Below are positions 40,185-54,529 of a DNA stretch of 64,000 nt, piece by piece. Source of the stretch: Octopus sinensis. Lineage: Eukaryota. The stretch lies in assembly GCF_006345805.1 (NCBI RefSeq), contig NC_043007.1:11346001-11410000 (forward strand), read 5' to 3'. Under the pieces are notes generated by a model that saw only the letters and a list, made by a program, of their open reading frames with translations, did no database searches and was not told the origin of the DNA. Both the position numbers and the translations under genes were made by a program. Each line of letters starts with the position of its first letter. Positions within the stretch are counted from its first letter, which is position 1.

Positions 40185-41419
40185 CACACATAGTAGAGAA
40201 AGTCCTGGTTTTCAAAAGTTACGAGGAATTTATAAACCTACTCATTCAGAAACCAATATTTCCAATCGTAGTTGGGAAAAACAAAGAAGAAAAACAAGAG
40301 GAAGAAAAAGAATGAAATGAATGTGTCTCTTTGCATCATTTTGGTTACCATGCAATGGTGCAGCCTGGTGCCAGAATATTGTCAGTTTGTATTAATGGGT
40401 ATCCTATTTTCTATTAACTTTGATATACAATTTAAAGGGACATTTTTCTAACAGCAGTTCCCCTGTGAAATGAAATAACTTCTCAGAATAATATCAAAGT
40501 GAAACAAATTCTTGCAGCTCATACCAAACAAGCTAGACAGCAACTATTTTCAGTGATATATTGAAAGAAGTTTTGTTAATGTGAATATAAAATTAAAGAA
40601 AATTGCCATAAAATTCCTTCAAATGTTTAAAACATTAACCAAAAATAGCAGATAAATTGCTTTTTTTGCATCTTTTTCAAAATCTCTTTTATTTTCATAT
40701 TTTACGACGACATGAAGGAATGGAGAAAAAAATTTAATAGCTTTAAAAATAGGTAATATAAAAGCATATGTGCAACCGAGAGTTTAATATACTCTGCTAT
40801 TAATTTATATATTATAGGTTCAAATTCTGTTCTTGGCATTGTTTTATGGTGTGAATTTAAAATATTGACAATGTTTGTGTACTTTATTTTGTGTTTTTTT
40901 TTTTCTTTTTTGTATTTGTCTGCTTTGGCATAGTTTCTGTAGCTGGATTCCCTTCCTAACACCCATCAGTTTACAGAGTGCACTGAGTGTACATTTTATG
41001 TGGCACCAGCACCAGTGAGGTCACCAAGTGACCTGCAAAGCAAGACCTCTGACTAAGCGAGGGAGTAATATTGAAAGAGGTGGCTTTATGCCTGGTAATG
41101 TGAGGTTAAAGTATGACAGAGGAACATGTTGTAGCAGAGATGCATAGCTGCCTCAGCTGGAAAAGAGAAAAGAAACATAAGGATGGATACTTGTAACCCA
41201 GTGAATCCTGCTAAATGTATCCAAAACCTATGTTGTGATACTAAAGAGGCATGTGTTCAGATTACAACCTAAATACATGATCTTGTTCAATAGTGGTCTG
41301 TAGACTACCCGTAGATCTCCTCTGATGTGGAAACAAACTTGTAAAGACAATACCCACACACATTTTGTGTAAACTAAATATAGTGATAAAAGAGTGTTGT
41401 AGTTTGCTTGAAGCTTGTA

Positions 41420-41984
41420 TTGGGTTGTCCAGAAAGTTCATGCCGATTTTTAAAGGAAAGAAAAAGGCCAATAAATACTTGCCATTACATTTTTAATCAA
41501 CCAACTATGAACCATTTTGTTGCACAATGCGTCTCCATCTTTCCTTTAACATGAAAATACCCTTTTCCCAGAATTGAGGTGGTTTCATGGCAAAGAATTC
41601 ATCAAGGTATCTTTTTACATCATCCAAGGAATTGAAATTTTTACCTTTAGACTATTCTGCAGAGACCTGAATAAGTGGAAATCCAAAGGAGCAATATCTG
41701 GTGAATATGGAGGGTGACGTAACACATCCCAGCCAAGCTGCAGCAATTGCTGCCTGGTTCCCAAAGCATGAAGTGCCGAAAATGAACGTTCTTATCATCC
41801 ATTTTAAAGGGTTAAGGAATTAACATGGGTTAGAGGAACATAAACCTTCTTCCATGAAAAGATAGCTTAAACTGTGCTCTAAATGGAGGTGTAGTCAAAT
41901 CCTATTTTATGGACTCAACCATGTTCTAAAATAAATCAAAATGTAAGCTACTATAAATTGGCACAAACTTTCCGGACAACCCAA
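41420..41984 (-). mobile_element. internally deleted mariner
   Basis: TIRs TTGGGTTGTCCAGAAAGTT / AACTTTCCGGACAACCCAA with TA flanks; LQLGWDVLRHPPYSPDIAPLDFHLFRSLQNSL...QQNGSY. Confidence 0.92.
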
Positions 41985-42050
41985 TAATATGGAGGAAGGT
42001 AAAAAGAGAGAAAATAGAAAGCTTCTGACAATGCAGAGAGTTTACTAAAA

Positions 42051-42088
42051 TCTTTATGTTTCAGGTGCAAATGCCCTTCTTCAGACGA
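42051..42088 (-). ncRNA. minimal hammerhead-like motif (degenerate)
   Basis: TCGT-CTGAAGA-AGGGCA tt TGCACCT-GAAA-CA-TA-AAGA. Confidence 0.45.
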
Positions 42089-42339
42089 AAAACAGTGAAA
42101 ACAATCAGGGAAATGTCCAGGTATGTAGGTTGTGATAAAGTGTTAAAGCTTGCCTGTTGCATTTAAGAGTCCATGAGTTTTCAGATTCACATTATCTTCA
42201 TCATCATTGTTTTGGTGCCTGCATTTCTATGCTTTCATGAGTTGGATGGAGTTTATTAAAGCAGATTTTCTATAGCCTGATGCCCTTTCCTGTTGCCAAT
42301 CCTCACCTGTTTCCGAGCTTTTTCCCTATGGCCAGGTAT

Positions 42340-42547
42340 ACTCTTTTACTCTTTTACTTGTTTCAGTCATTTTGACTGCGGCCATGCTTGAGCACCGCCT
42401 TTTGTCGAGCAAATCGACCCCGGGACTTATTCTTTGTAAGCCCAGTACTTATTCTATCGGTCTCTTTTGCCGAACCGCTAAGTGACGGGGACTTAAACAC
42501 ACTAGCATCGGTTGTCAAGCAATGCTAGGGGGACAAACACAGACACA

Positions 42548-42589
<42 letters not shown>

Positions 42590-42762
42590 CACATATATAC
42601 GACAGGCTTCTTTCAGTTTCCGTCTACCAAATCCACTCACAAGGCATTGGTCGGCCTGGGGCTATAGCAGAAGACACTTGCCCAAGATGCCACGCAGTGG
42701 GACTGAACCCGGAACCATGTGGTTGGTTAGCAAGCTACTTACCACACAGCCACTCCTGCACC
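42340..42762 (-). mobile_element. SINE family A
   Basis: Consensus match. Confidence 0.9.
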
Positions 42763-43087
42763 TATACTTACTACACAGCCACGCCTGCACCTATGTTGAT
42801 GCAGAATATTAGAAATGACTGACACAGCTTGTATGACAGTGACATTTTAACAGAAAATGATGGATATGTATAGTGATTAACTGAATGCCTTGTGAGAGGA
42901 TTTGGTAGAAGGAAACTGAAAGAAGCCTGTCATATATTCATACAAATATATAGATGTGTGTATTTTTCCCTTTGACGTTATATCCTCTAACGTTTTTTTT
43001 TAAAACAAACTTAATAGTATTCAGTAAATCACTATACATATCCATCATTTTCTGTTAAAATGTCTTATTGATGAGTTTCATTTCTTC

Positions 43088-43176
43088 ATTTCCCTGAAGA
43101 GAAGATTACATTGTTTTACACCATTTTATTCCTTTGGAATAATACTAGTGATATCTTCGAAACAGGTGTCGGAAGT
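43088..43176 (+). ncRNA. type I hammerhead ribozyme motif (best formed in the window)
   Basis: Stem I ATTTCC/GGAAGT, CTGAAGA 43094-43100, stem II GAAGAT/ATCTTC with G10.1-C11.1, GAAA 43159-43162, CAGGTG, GUC site after 43170. Confidence 0.8.
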
Positions 43177-43209
43177 AAAAAAATTTGAATAACACCTGCA
43201 TTTAACTCC

Positions 43210-43286
<77 letters not shown>

Positions 43287-43896
43287 TGTATTTGTGTGTC
43301 TGTGTTTGTCCCCCCACCATCGCTTGACAACTGATGTTGTGTGTTTACATCCCCATAACTTACCAGTTCAGCAAAAGAGACCAATAGAATAAATGCTAGG
43401 CTTACAAAGGATAAGTTCTGGGGTCGATTTCTTTGACTAAAGGCAGTGCTCCAGCATGGCTGCAGTCAAATGACTGAAACAAGTAAAAGAATAAACGAAT
43501 TAATAAAAAAAGCTACTATTACTTTCATGCGACAGAGATACAATAATTTGCCAAGTTTATATAACGAGTCATGGGTCTCCAAGCAATCTTTGAGGGTCAG
43601 CGCATATTGTTAGACCTATTTGGAACCAGGATGCTGCTCTATGAGAAAACATCAGAAAGAAACAAGAAGAAAAATACAAAGAAGGTTGATATAAAAAGTG
43701 GAATGAAAAGAAGGAAAAGAAAAGTAAGAAAATCAAGATGAATGTCCCCTTTGTCAGTTGAAATCATAATTAACCAAACTGGTGCAGTATAAGATAATAT
43801 AAAGAGGAAGTCAAAGTGTGTGAGATAGGTATTTAATCTGGGGAGTGGGGTGTCAACCAGTTCCAACAATCCATCAGTCTCTCTTTTCTCTGTCTG

Positions 43897-43939
<43 letters not shown>

Positions 43940-44050
43940 ATATATATATTATATTATATATATATTATATATATATGATGATGATATATAATATATATTT
44001 TGTAAATATATATATGTAATATATATATGTATATAATATATGTATATATA

Positions 44051-44100
<50 letters not shown>

Positions 44101-44292
44101 CATATATATATTTATATATATGTTAGCATGGAAAGCGGACATTAAACGATGATGATGATGAATATCTAGATACATACATATATATGTCTGTGTGCTTATA
44201 TGTGTGTATCTGTGCATGTATTCACACATGTACACCATACATACATACTATATATGTGTTAGATATATATATGTGCATATATATTATATATA

Positions 44293-44324
<32 letters not shown>

Positions 44325-44325
<1 letters not shown>

Positions 44326-47300
44326 CATCATCATCATTTAGCGTCCGTTTTCCATGCTAGCATGGGTTGGACGGTTTAACTGGGGTCTGTGAAGCCGGAA
44401 GGCTTCATCAGGCCCAGTCAGATTTGGCAGTGTTTCTACGGCTGGATGCCCTTCCTAACGCCACAACCCTCCGCGAGTGTAGTGGGGTTTTTTACGTGCC
44501 ACCTGCACAGGTGCCAGACAGAGCTGGCGCGAACCCATGAACGGATGGTGTTTTATGTGTCACCGGCACGGGGCAGGCAATGCTGGCAACGGACACGAAC
44601 GGATGGTGCTTTTATGTGCCACCGACACGGGGCCAGACAGAGCTGGCAAACGGCCACGAACGGACGGTGCTTTTACGTGTCACCTGCACGGGGGCCAGCC
44701 AAGGCTGGCTACGAACACGAACGGACGGTGCTTTTACGTGCCACCGACACGGGGCCAGACAGAGCTGGCAAACGGCCACGAACGGACGGTGCTTTTACGT
44801 GTCACCTGCATGGGGGCCAGCCGAGGCTGGCAACAAACACGAACGGATGGTGCTTTTACGTGCCACGGACACGGGGCCAGACAGAGCTGGCAAACGGCCA
44901 CGAACGGACGGTGCTTTTACGTGTCACCGGCACGGGGGCCAGCCGAGGCTGGCAACGGACACAAACGGACGGTGCTTTTATGTGCCACCGACACGGGGCC
45001 AGACGGAGCTGGCAAACGGCCACGAACGGACGGTGCTTTTACGTGTCATCGGCACGGGGCCAGGCGAGGCTGGCAACGAACACGAACGGATGGTGCTTTT
45101 ACGTGCCACCGACACGGGGGCCAGACAGAGCTGGCAAACGGCCACGAGCGAATGGTGCTTTTACATATCACCGACACGGGTGCCAGACGAGGCTGACAGT
45201 GGACACGAACAGATGGGTCACTTAACCCCTGCTTTCTGATATATGATTTGATTTTGATTGTTCTCACTGGTCTTGCCGGGTCTTCTCACGCACAGCATAC
45301 TTCCATAGGTCTCGGTCTCTGGTCATTCCTTGGTGAGACCTAGAGTTCGAAGGTCGTGCTTCACCACCTCGACCCAGGTTTTCCTGGGTCTACCTCTTCC
45401 ACAGGTCCCCTCAACTGCCAGGGTGCGGCACTTTTCACACACCTATCTTCATCCATTCTCGCCACATGACCATACCAGCGCAATCGTCTCTCTTGCACAC
45501 AACATCTGATGCCTCTTAGGTCCAACTTTTCTCTCAAGGTACTTACACTCTGTCGACTATGAACACTGACATTACACATCCAACGGAGCATACTAGCTTC
45601 ATTTCTCGCGAGCTTACGCATGTCCTCAGCAGTCACGGCCCATGTTTCACTGCCATGTAGCATGGCTGTTCGTACACATGCATCATACAGTCTGCCTTTT
45701 ACTCTGAGCGAGAGGCCTTTAGTCACCAACAGAGGTAAGAGCTCCCTAAACTTTGCCCAGGCTATTCTTACTCTAGCCGTTACACTTTCAGCACACCCAC
45801 CCCCACTACTGACTTGGTCACCAAGATAACGGAAGCTATCAACTACTTCTAGTTTTTCCCACTGGAAAGTGACGGAAGTTGTTTCTGCAGATTTTCAGAG
45901 GTTAATGCTCCCGAGCATCTGCCACATACAAAAACCATCTTCCTAGTGAGCCTTCCTATGACATTGCTGCACCTCTTATGTGTCCATAGCTTACACTTGG
46001 TGCATCTTATAGAGTTTCTACCTACACCTTTTCTACAGATCGAGCAGGGCCATCTACCTGAAGGCGTTGTGATTTGTCTACCTTCCTACTTATTACGACT
46101 TTGGTTTTAGCTAGGTTGACTCTAAGGCCCTTCGATTCTAAACCATGCTTCCACACCTGAAAAACTTCTCCCAGTTCTGATAATGACTCAGCAATTAGAG
46201 CAAGGTCATCAGCATAGAGGAGCTCCCAGGGGCATCCTGTCTTGAATTCCTCCGTTATTGCCTGGAGGACTATGATAAATAGGAGGGGGCTGAGGACTGA
46301 ACCTTGGTGGACCCCTACCTCTACCCGGATTCTTCACTGTACTCATTGCCAACCCTCACCTTACTAGCAGATCCCTGTACATGGCTTGCACAGCTCTCAC
46401 TAACCATTCATCTATTCCTAGTTTCCTCATTGACCACCAGATGAGGGATCGGGGGACCCTGTCGAAGGCTTTCTCCATGTCAACAAAAGCCAGGTACAGG
46501 GGCTTATCTTTGGCTAGGTATTTCTCCTGCAGCTGCCTTCAGGAATATAGCATCAGTGGTACTTTTCCCTGGCACAAACCCAAATGCATCTCATCTAAAC
46601 TAACTCTCTCTCTAATTAGTGTGCTTATGACCCTCTCTGTAACCTTCATCACCTGATCCAACAGCTTGATACCTCTGTAATTATTGTATCTAGGGCATCA
46701 CCTTTACCTTTGTAGCAGTTGACTATTATGCTGCTATACCAGTCATTGGGTATGACTCCTTCATTATCACCTGATTAACTATACAGGTGACTAGGCTATA
46801 GCCGACACTACCAGATATTTTGAGCATCTCTGCAGTGATACCTGATGGGCCTGGGGCTTTCCCTGTCTTCATGCTTCTAATTGCCTTAGCTACCATGGAA
46901 CTATCAACCCTGATAGCTGGTCCCTCTGTTGGGTCAACGTTCGGCAGACTCCTCTTTTATCCCATTCATTTTCTTTATTCAGCAACCTTTCATAGTGGCG
47001 TCTCCAAGCCTCTCTCTTTGCATCCTCGTTTAGCACAAGTGAACCATCTTCCATGCGAACACACTTCTCTCCTACCACATCACAATTCTCTCTCACACAC
47101 TGTCTTGCAACGCGAAACACCTCCAGTCTTTGGTCCTCACGGTGCAGAACATTGGCAAATTTTTTCTTATCTGCTTCCCCTCTGGCTAGATAGACCTGTC
47201 TCCTAGCTTCCCTTTTAGCAGTCTGATACAATTCCCTGCTACCCCCATTCTTCCAGTGCTTCCAAGTCTGTCTCTTTTCTCTAATAGCCCTGTCTACAAC

Positions 47301-48031
47301 ACTGTTCCACCACCACGTTACCTTGGGACGAGAGGGGACTTTGCACCAGCCACAGATATGGTCAGTGGCTCTCAGCAGGTTGTCCCTTAGAAACGTCCAG
47401 TTGTCCTCTACCCCATGTGATACTCTATCCCCTTCTACTTCGGCAAAGGCTTCAAGTAACATGTCTCTAAATCTCTGTCCATTCGCAGGATCCTTAAGCT
47501 TCCAGATCCTTCTTCTCCATGTTGGTCGTCTTCTGGTTGTCCTCCTACTCCTGATCCTAAGTCACTAACTACCAGTCTATGTTGTGGGGGTGGGGTTCGT
47601 ACATCGCCTGGGAAGGTTTTGGCATTTATAAGTAGCCATCTCTCTCCTTTGCCTGGCAAGGATGTAGTCAATTTGGCTGGTATGTTGGCCCGATCGGTAG
47701 GTGACTAGGTGGCTGGTAGGTTTCCTGAAGTTAGTGTTGCAAATCATAAGATTATTGCATCGCAGAACCCAGCAGCCTGGTTCCCTCCTCGTTGCGGGAA
47801 CCAGAGCCATAGCCTCCATGTACGCCATGGAAGCCCCCAGCATGTCGTCCAACGTGACATTGAAGTCACCAGCCACAAAGAGAAGGTCTCTGTCATTCGT
47901 CAACGAGGTAGTCTGCAGTAGAGTGTCATAGAATCGGTCTTTCTGTCCATCAGGTAGCCCCGACTGAGGAGCATAGGCTGATATAATGGTTGCTACACTA
48001 TGATGAAGCGCTAATCTAATCTTAAGTATTC

Positions 48032-48032
<1 letters not shown>
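44325..48032 (-). mobile_element. RTE-clade LINE, 5'-truncated, frameshifted
   Basis: APE (ISAYAPQ, AGDFN, QIDYIL), RT (KAFDRV, VHQGSVLSPLLF, LLYADD, FRYLG, LHGSETW, LRWYGHV), 3' UTR and (GAT)n tail. Confidence 0.95.
44480..45220. repeat. tandem array of ~60-bp subunits (~121-bp dimer) in the RTE 3' UTR
   Basis: About 12 repeats of GGTGCTTTTACGTG(C/T)CACCG(G/A)CACGGGG. Confidence 0.9.
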
Positions 48033-48074
<42 letters not shown>

Positions 48075-49191
48075 TTTCTCTCTCTCTCTCTCTCTATATA
48101 TTTTTTTTTCATATATATATAATATATATATACACAACACACACACACACACACACACAATCAGTCAGCTACTTATCTGACTTCTTGGTTTGTAAGAAAA
48201 CTCCTAGTAGCGGTCGCCAATTTGTTGCATGGGTTTAAGTCACCGATTGTTGGCAGAAATTACTGGAATAGAAATCTTAAAAATTCCAAGACTTTCTATT
48301 TGTAATTTCATCACAAAATTCAAAGTAAAGGCTATTTGATTCCAGCTAGATAAGAAAAATAATAACAATAATAATATTCAAGGTGATTTCTGTATACTTG
48401 TGTCCAGAAATTTCATTAAAATTATGCGTGTGTAGAACATGGTTTACAACTGTATGACTATGTGATGCATTAATAGATATATATACATCTGTGTGTGTAT
48501 GTGTGTGTGCTATGTATGTGTATAGTGTGTGTGTGTATGTGCTATGTGTGTGTGTTATGTGTGCATGTGTGTTGCATATGTGTGTTATGTATGTGTGTAG
48601 TGTGTGAGTGTGTGTGTGTATGTGCTATGTGTGTGTGTGTGTGTTATGTATGTATGTATGTGTGTGTGTGTGTGTGTGTTATGTATGTATGTGTGTGTGT
48701 TATGTATGTGTGTAGTGTGTGTGTGTATGTGCTATGTGTGTGTGTGTGTTATGTGTGTGTGTGTGTGCTATGTATGTGTGTAGTGTGTGTGTGTGTGTGT
48801 TTATGTGTGTATGTGTGTTGCGTATGTGTGTGTGAATGTGTGAGTGTGTGTGTGTGTTATGTGTGTGTACAAAGGAATCTATTAATTACTTCATAAGCGA
48901 AGAGAGAGCTTAGCATTGTGATAAATGATGGATCAAGTCTAATGTATAGAAATGGAGTATACATGTCGTGTCCATTCAAACACTGTTATACAATTTAGTG
49001 AATCTTTAGTCAACAAAGAAGATTAAAGCTTCCCAGTAGATGTGTGTGTATCTGGTGTGTGTGTGTCTGTGTGTGTGTGTCTGTGTGTGTGTGTGCAAAT
49101 GGAAAGGCACTATTTGACAATAAAAGTATAGTTCACTCACTGAATACATTCATTATACACAGCATGTGCATGTACATACACGAACACACTA

Positions 49192-49281
<90 letters not shown>

Positions 49282-49557
49282 ATATATATACAGAGAGAAA
49301 GAGAAACTGACTGACAGGTTGACAGACAGAAATATATACAATCCTGAATTTTGACGTGTGTTTTGATTAATATTTATATACATACACATATATTTATGTA
49401 TGTACATACATAGAAACAAATGGATAGATAGACAGATATACAGACACACAGATAGATAGATAGATAGATAGACAGATAGATAAACAGATATAGAGCCAGA
49501 TAAATAGATAGACAGATAGATAGCTAGATACATACATACATAGACAGACAGATAGAC

Positions 49558-49588
<31 letters not shown>

Positions 49589-49789
49589 GAGACTAGACAG
49601 ACAGATGGATAGGTAGGTAAAAATGCAGGTAGATAGGTATGTAGACAGACAGACAGACAGACAGACAGATAGATAGATAGGTAGACTAGGCAGACAGATG
49701 GATAGGTAGGTAAAAATGCTGGTAGATAGGTATGTAGATAGACAGACAGACAGACAGATAGATAGATAAATAGATAGAAGTTCTTCAGA

Positions 49790-50770
49790 GTCCACTGAGG
49801 TCAACTTTGCCTGTCGTCCTTTCAGGGTCAATAAAGTAAAATAAATATTTATTATGTAATTGACTTAACCTTTTCCTCAGGATGCTGGCCTTGTGCCAAA
49901 ATTTGAAACTATTATTATTATCATTATTGTTATTGTTATTGTTAAGGCAGCAAGCTGGTAGAATTGTTAGCACACCAGGCAAAACGCTTAGCAGTATTTC
50001 ATCTGCCATTACGTTCTGAGTTCAAATTCCACCAAGGTCGACTTTACCTTTCATCCTTTCGGGGTCGATAAAATAAGTACCAGTTATGCATTGGGGTCGA
50101 TGTAATCGATTCATCCCCTTCCCCCAAATTTCAGACCATGTGCCTATAATAGAAAAGAATCGTTAGCACACCAGGTGAAATGCTTAGTGGTATTTCGTCT
50201 GCCATTACGTTCTGAGTTCAAATTCCACCAAGGTCGACTTTGCCTTTTATCCTTTCGGGGTCGATAAATAAAGTACCAGTTACGCACTGGGGTCGATGTA
50301 ATCGACTTAATCTGTTTGTCTGTCCTTGTTTGTCCCCTCTGTGTTTAGCCCCCTGTGGGTAGTAAAGAAATAGGTATTTCGTCTACTGCTGCGTTCTGGG
50401 TTCAAATTCCATCATAGTTGACTTTGTTTTTCATCCCTCCAGGGTTGATGAAATAAGTACCAGTTACGCACTGGAGTCGATCTAATCGACTAGCCCCTTC
50501 TTCCCAACAATTTTCAAGGCCTTGTATGAAGAGTAGAAATAATTATTGTTATTGTTAAGGTAACAAGCTGATAGCATCATTTGCACCCCAGACAAAATGC
50601 TTAGCAGCCTTTTATCCATCTTTACATTTTGAGTTCAAATTCCACCAAGGTTGACTTTACCTTTCATCCTTTCAGATTTGATAAAACATGTACCAGTTGA
50701 GCACTAGGGTTGATATAATCGACTAGACTTCTCCCTTAAAAAATTTCAGACTTTGTGCCTATAGTAGAAA
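49790..50770 (+). mobile_element. cluster of SINE family B copies
   Basis: Repeated GAGTTCAAATTCC...TTTCATCCTTTCGGGGTCGAT units. Confidence 0.85.
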
Positions 50771-50773
50771 GCA

Positions 50774-52445
50774 TTCAGTACTCAGCCCCCTCCTATTTAT
50801 CATAGTCCTCCAGGCAATTGTGGAGGAATTCAAGACAGGTTGCCCCTGGGAGCTCCTCTATGCTGACGACCTCGCTCTAATCGCTGAGTCACTATCAGAA
50901 CTGGAGGAGAAGTAAGTTCCAGGTGTGGAAGGAGGGTTTAGAATCGAGGGGCCTTAGAGTCAACCTAGCTAAAACCAAAGTACTAATAAGTAGAAAGTTA
51001 GAAAATCCACCAAATATCCTCAGGAAGATGGCCCTGCTCGATCTGTAGAAAAGGTGTAGGTAGAAACTCTATAAGATGTACCAGTGTAGCTATGGACACA
51101 TAAGAGGTGCAGCAATGTCAAGGTAGGCTAACTGGGAAGATAGTTTTTGTATGTGGCAGATGCTCTGGAGCATTGACCTCCGAAAATCTGCAGAAAACAA
51201 CTTCCGTCACTTTCCGGGGGGAAAAACTAGAAGTAGTTGATAGCTCCGCTATCTAGGTGACCAAGTCAGTAGTGGGGGCGGGTGCGCTGAAAGTGTAACT
51301 GCTAGATAGAAAGAATAGCCTGGGCAAAGTTAGGGAGCTCTTACCTCTGCTGGTGACTAAAGGCCTCTCGCTCAGAGTAAAAGGCAGACTGTATGATGCA
51401 TGTGTACGAACAGCTATGCTACATGGCAGTGAAACATGGGCCGTGACTGCTGAGGACATGCGTAAGCTTGTGAGGAACGAAGCCAGTATGCTCCGATGGA
51501 TGTGTAATGTCAGTTGTACTTACTCGACAGAGCGTTAGTACCTTAGAGAATGAGAGAAATGTTGTACCTAAGAAGCATCAGTTGTTGTGTGCAAGAGAGA
51601 CGATTGCGCTGGTATGGTCATGTGGCGAGAATGGATGAAGATAGGTGTGTGAGAAAGTGCCAATCCCTAGCAGTTGAGGGAACCCGTGAGGTGAAGAGGT
51701 AGACCCAGGAAAACCTGGGACGAAGTGGTGAAGCACGACCTTCGGACGTTAGGTCTCAGCATGGAAATGACTAGAGACCGAGACCTATGGAAGTATGCTG
51801 TGCGTGAGAAGACCCGGCAAGACTAGTGAAGCCATAATCCGTGGCCCCTACCTGGGACGTAGTCAGTCCACCTGTGCATACCTTCCTTCTTGTGACACTT
51901 GTGAAGACCTGTTGAGGCAAGTGAGAATCAAATCAATCAAATCAAATCAAATCGAACCAAATCAAAATAGATGAACATCAATGGAATTTGTATCCTTGTG
52001 GTACCAGTGCCGGTGGCACATAAGAAAACCATCCGAACGTGATCGTAGCCAGTACCGCAATGACTGGCCTCCGTGCTGAGGGCACATAACAAACACCATC
52101 CAAGCGTGGCCGTCGCCAGCCCCGTCTGGCACCTGTGTCGGTGACACATAAGAAAACACCATCCGAGCGTGGCCGTCAGCCAGCCTCGTCTGGCACCTGT
52201 GTCGGTTGGCACATTAAAAACACCGTCCGAGCGTGGCCGTCTGCCAGCCTCGTCTGGCACCTGTGTCGGTGGCACATAAAATCACCCACTACACTCTCGG
52301 AGTGGTTGGCGTTAGGAAGGGCATCCAGCTGTAGAAACACTGCCAGATCTGACTGGCCTGGTGCAGCCTTCGGGCTTGCCAGACCCCAGTTGAACCGTCC
52401 AACCCATGCTAGCATGAAAGCGGACGTTAAACGATGATGATGATG

Positions 52446-52446
<1 letters not shown>
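50774..52446 (+). mobile_element. RTE-clade LINE 3' portion (same family as 44325-48032, opposite orientation)
   Basis: SVLSPLLF, YADD, WPCSICRKGVG, LHGSETW, 3' UTR with ~60-bp subunits, (GAT)n tail. Confidence 0.93.
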
Positions 52447-52486
<40 letters not shown>

Positions 52487-52502
52487 CATTATTATTATTA
52501 TT

Positions 52503-54456
<1,954 letters not shown>

Positions 54457-54464
54457 CATTATTA

Positions 54465-54510
<46 letters not shown>

Positions 54511-54529
54511 CATTATTATTATTATTATT

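Noticed and set aside
40190-40320. Possible small host exons (also 330-400, 39260-39335, 48180-48350, 57490-57570)
   Set aside because: Plausible splice signals but short or stop-containing frames and no recognisable protein
44389-45239. Overlapping 219-278-aa repetitive ORFs and CRISPR-like periodicity
   Set aside because: Tandem array in a LINE 3' UTR with no unique spacers and no cas genes; eukaryotic context
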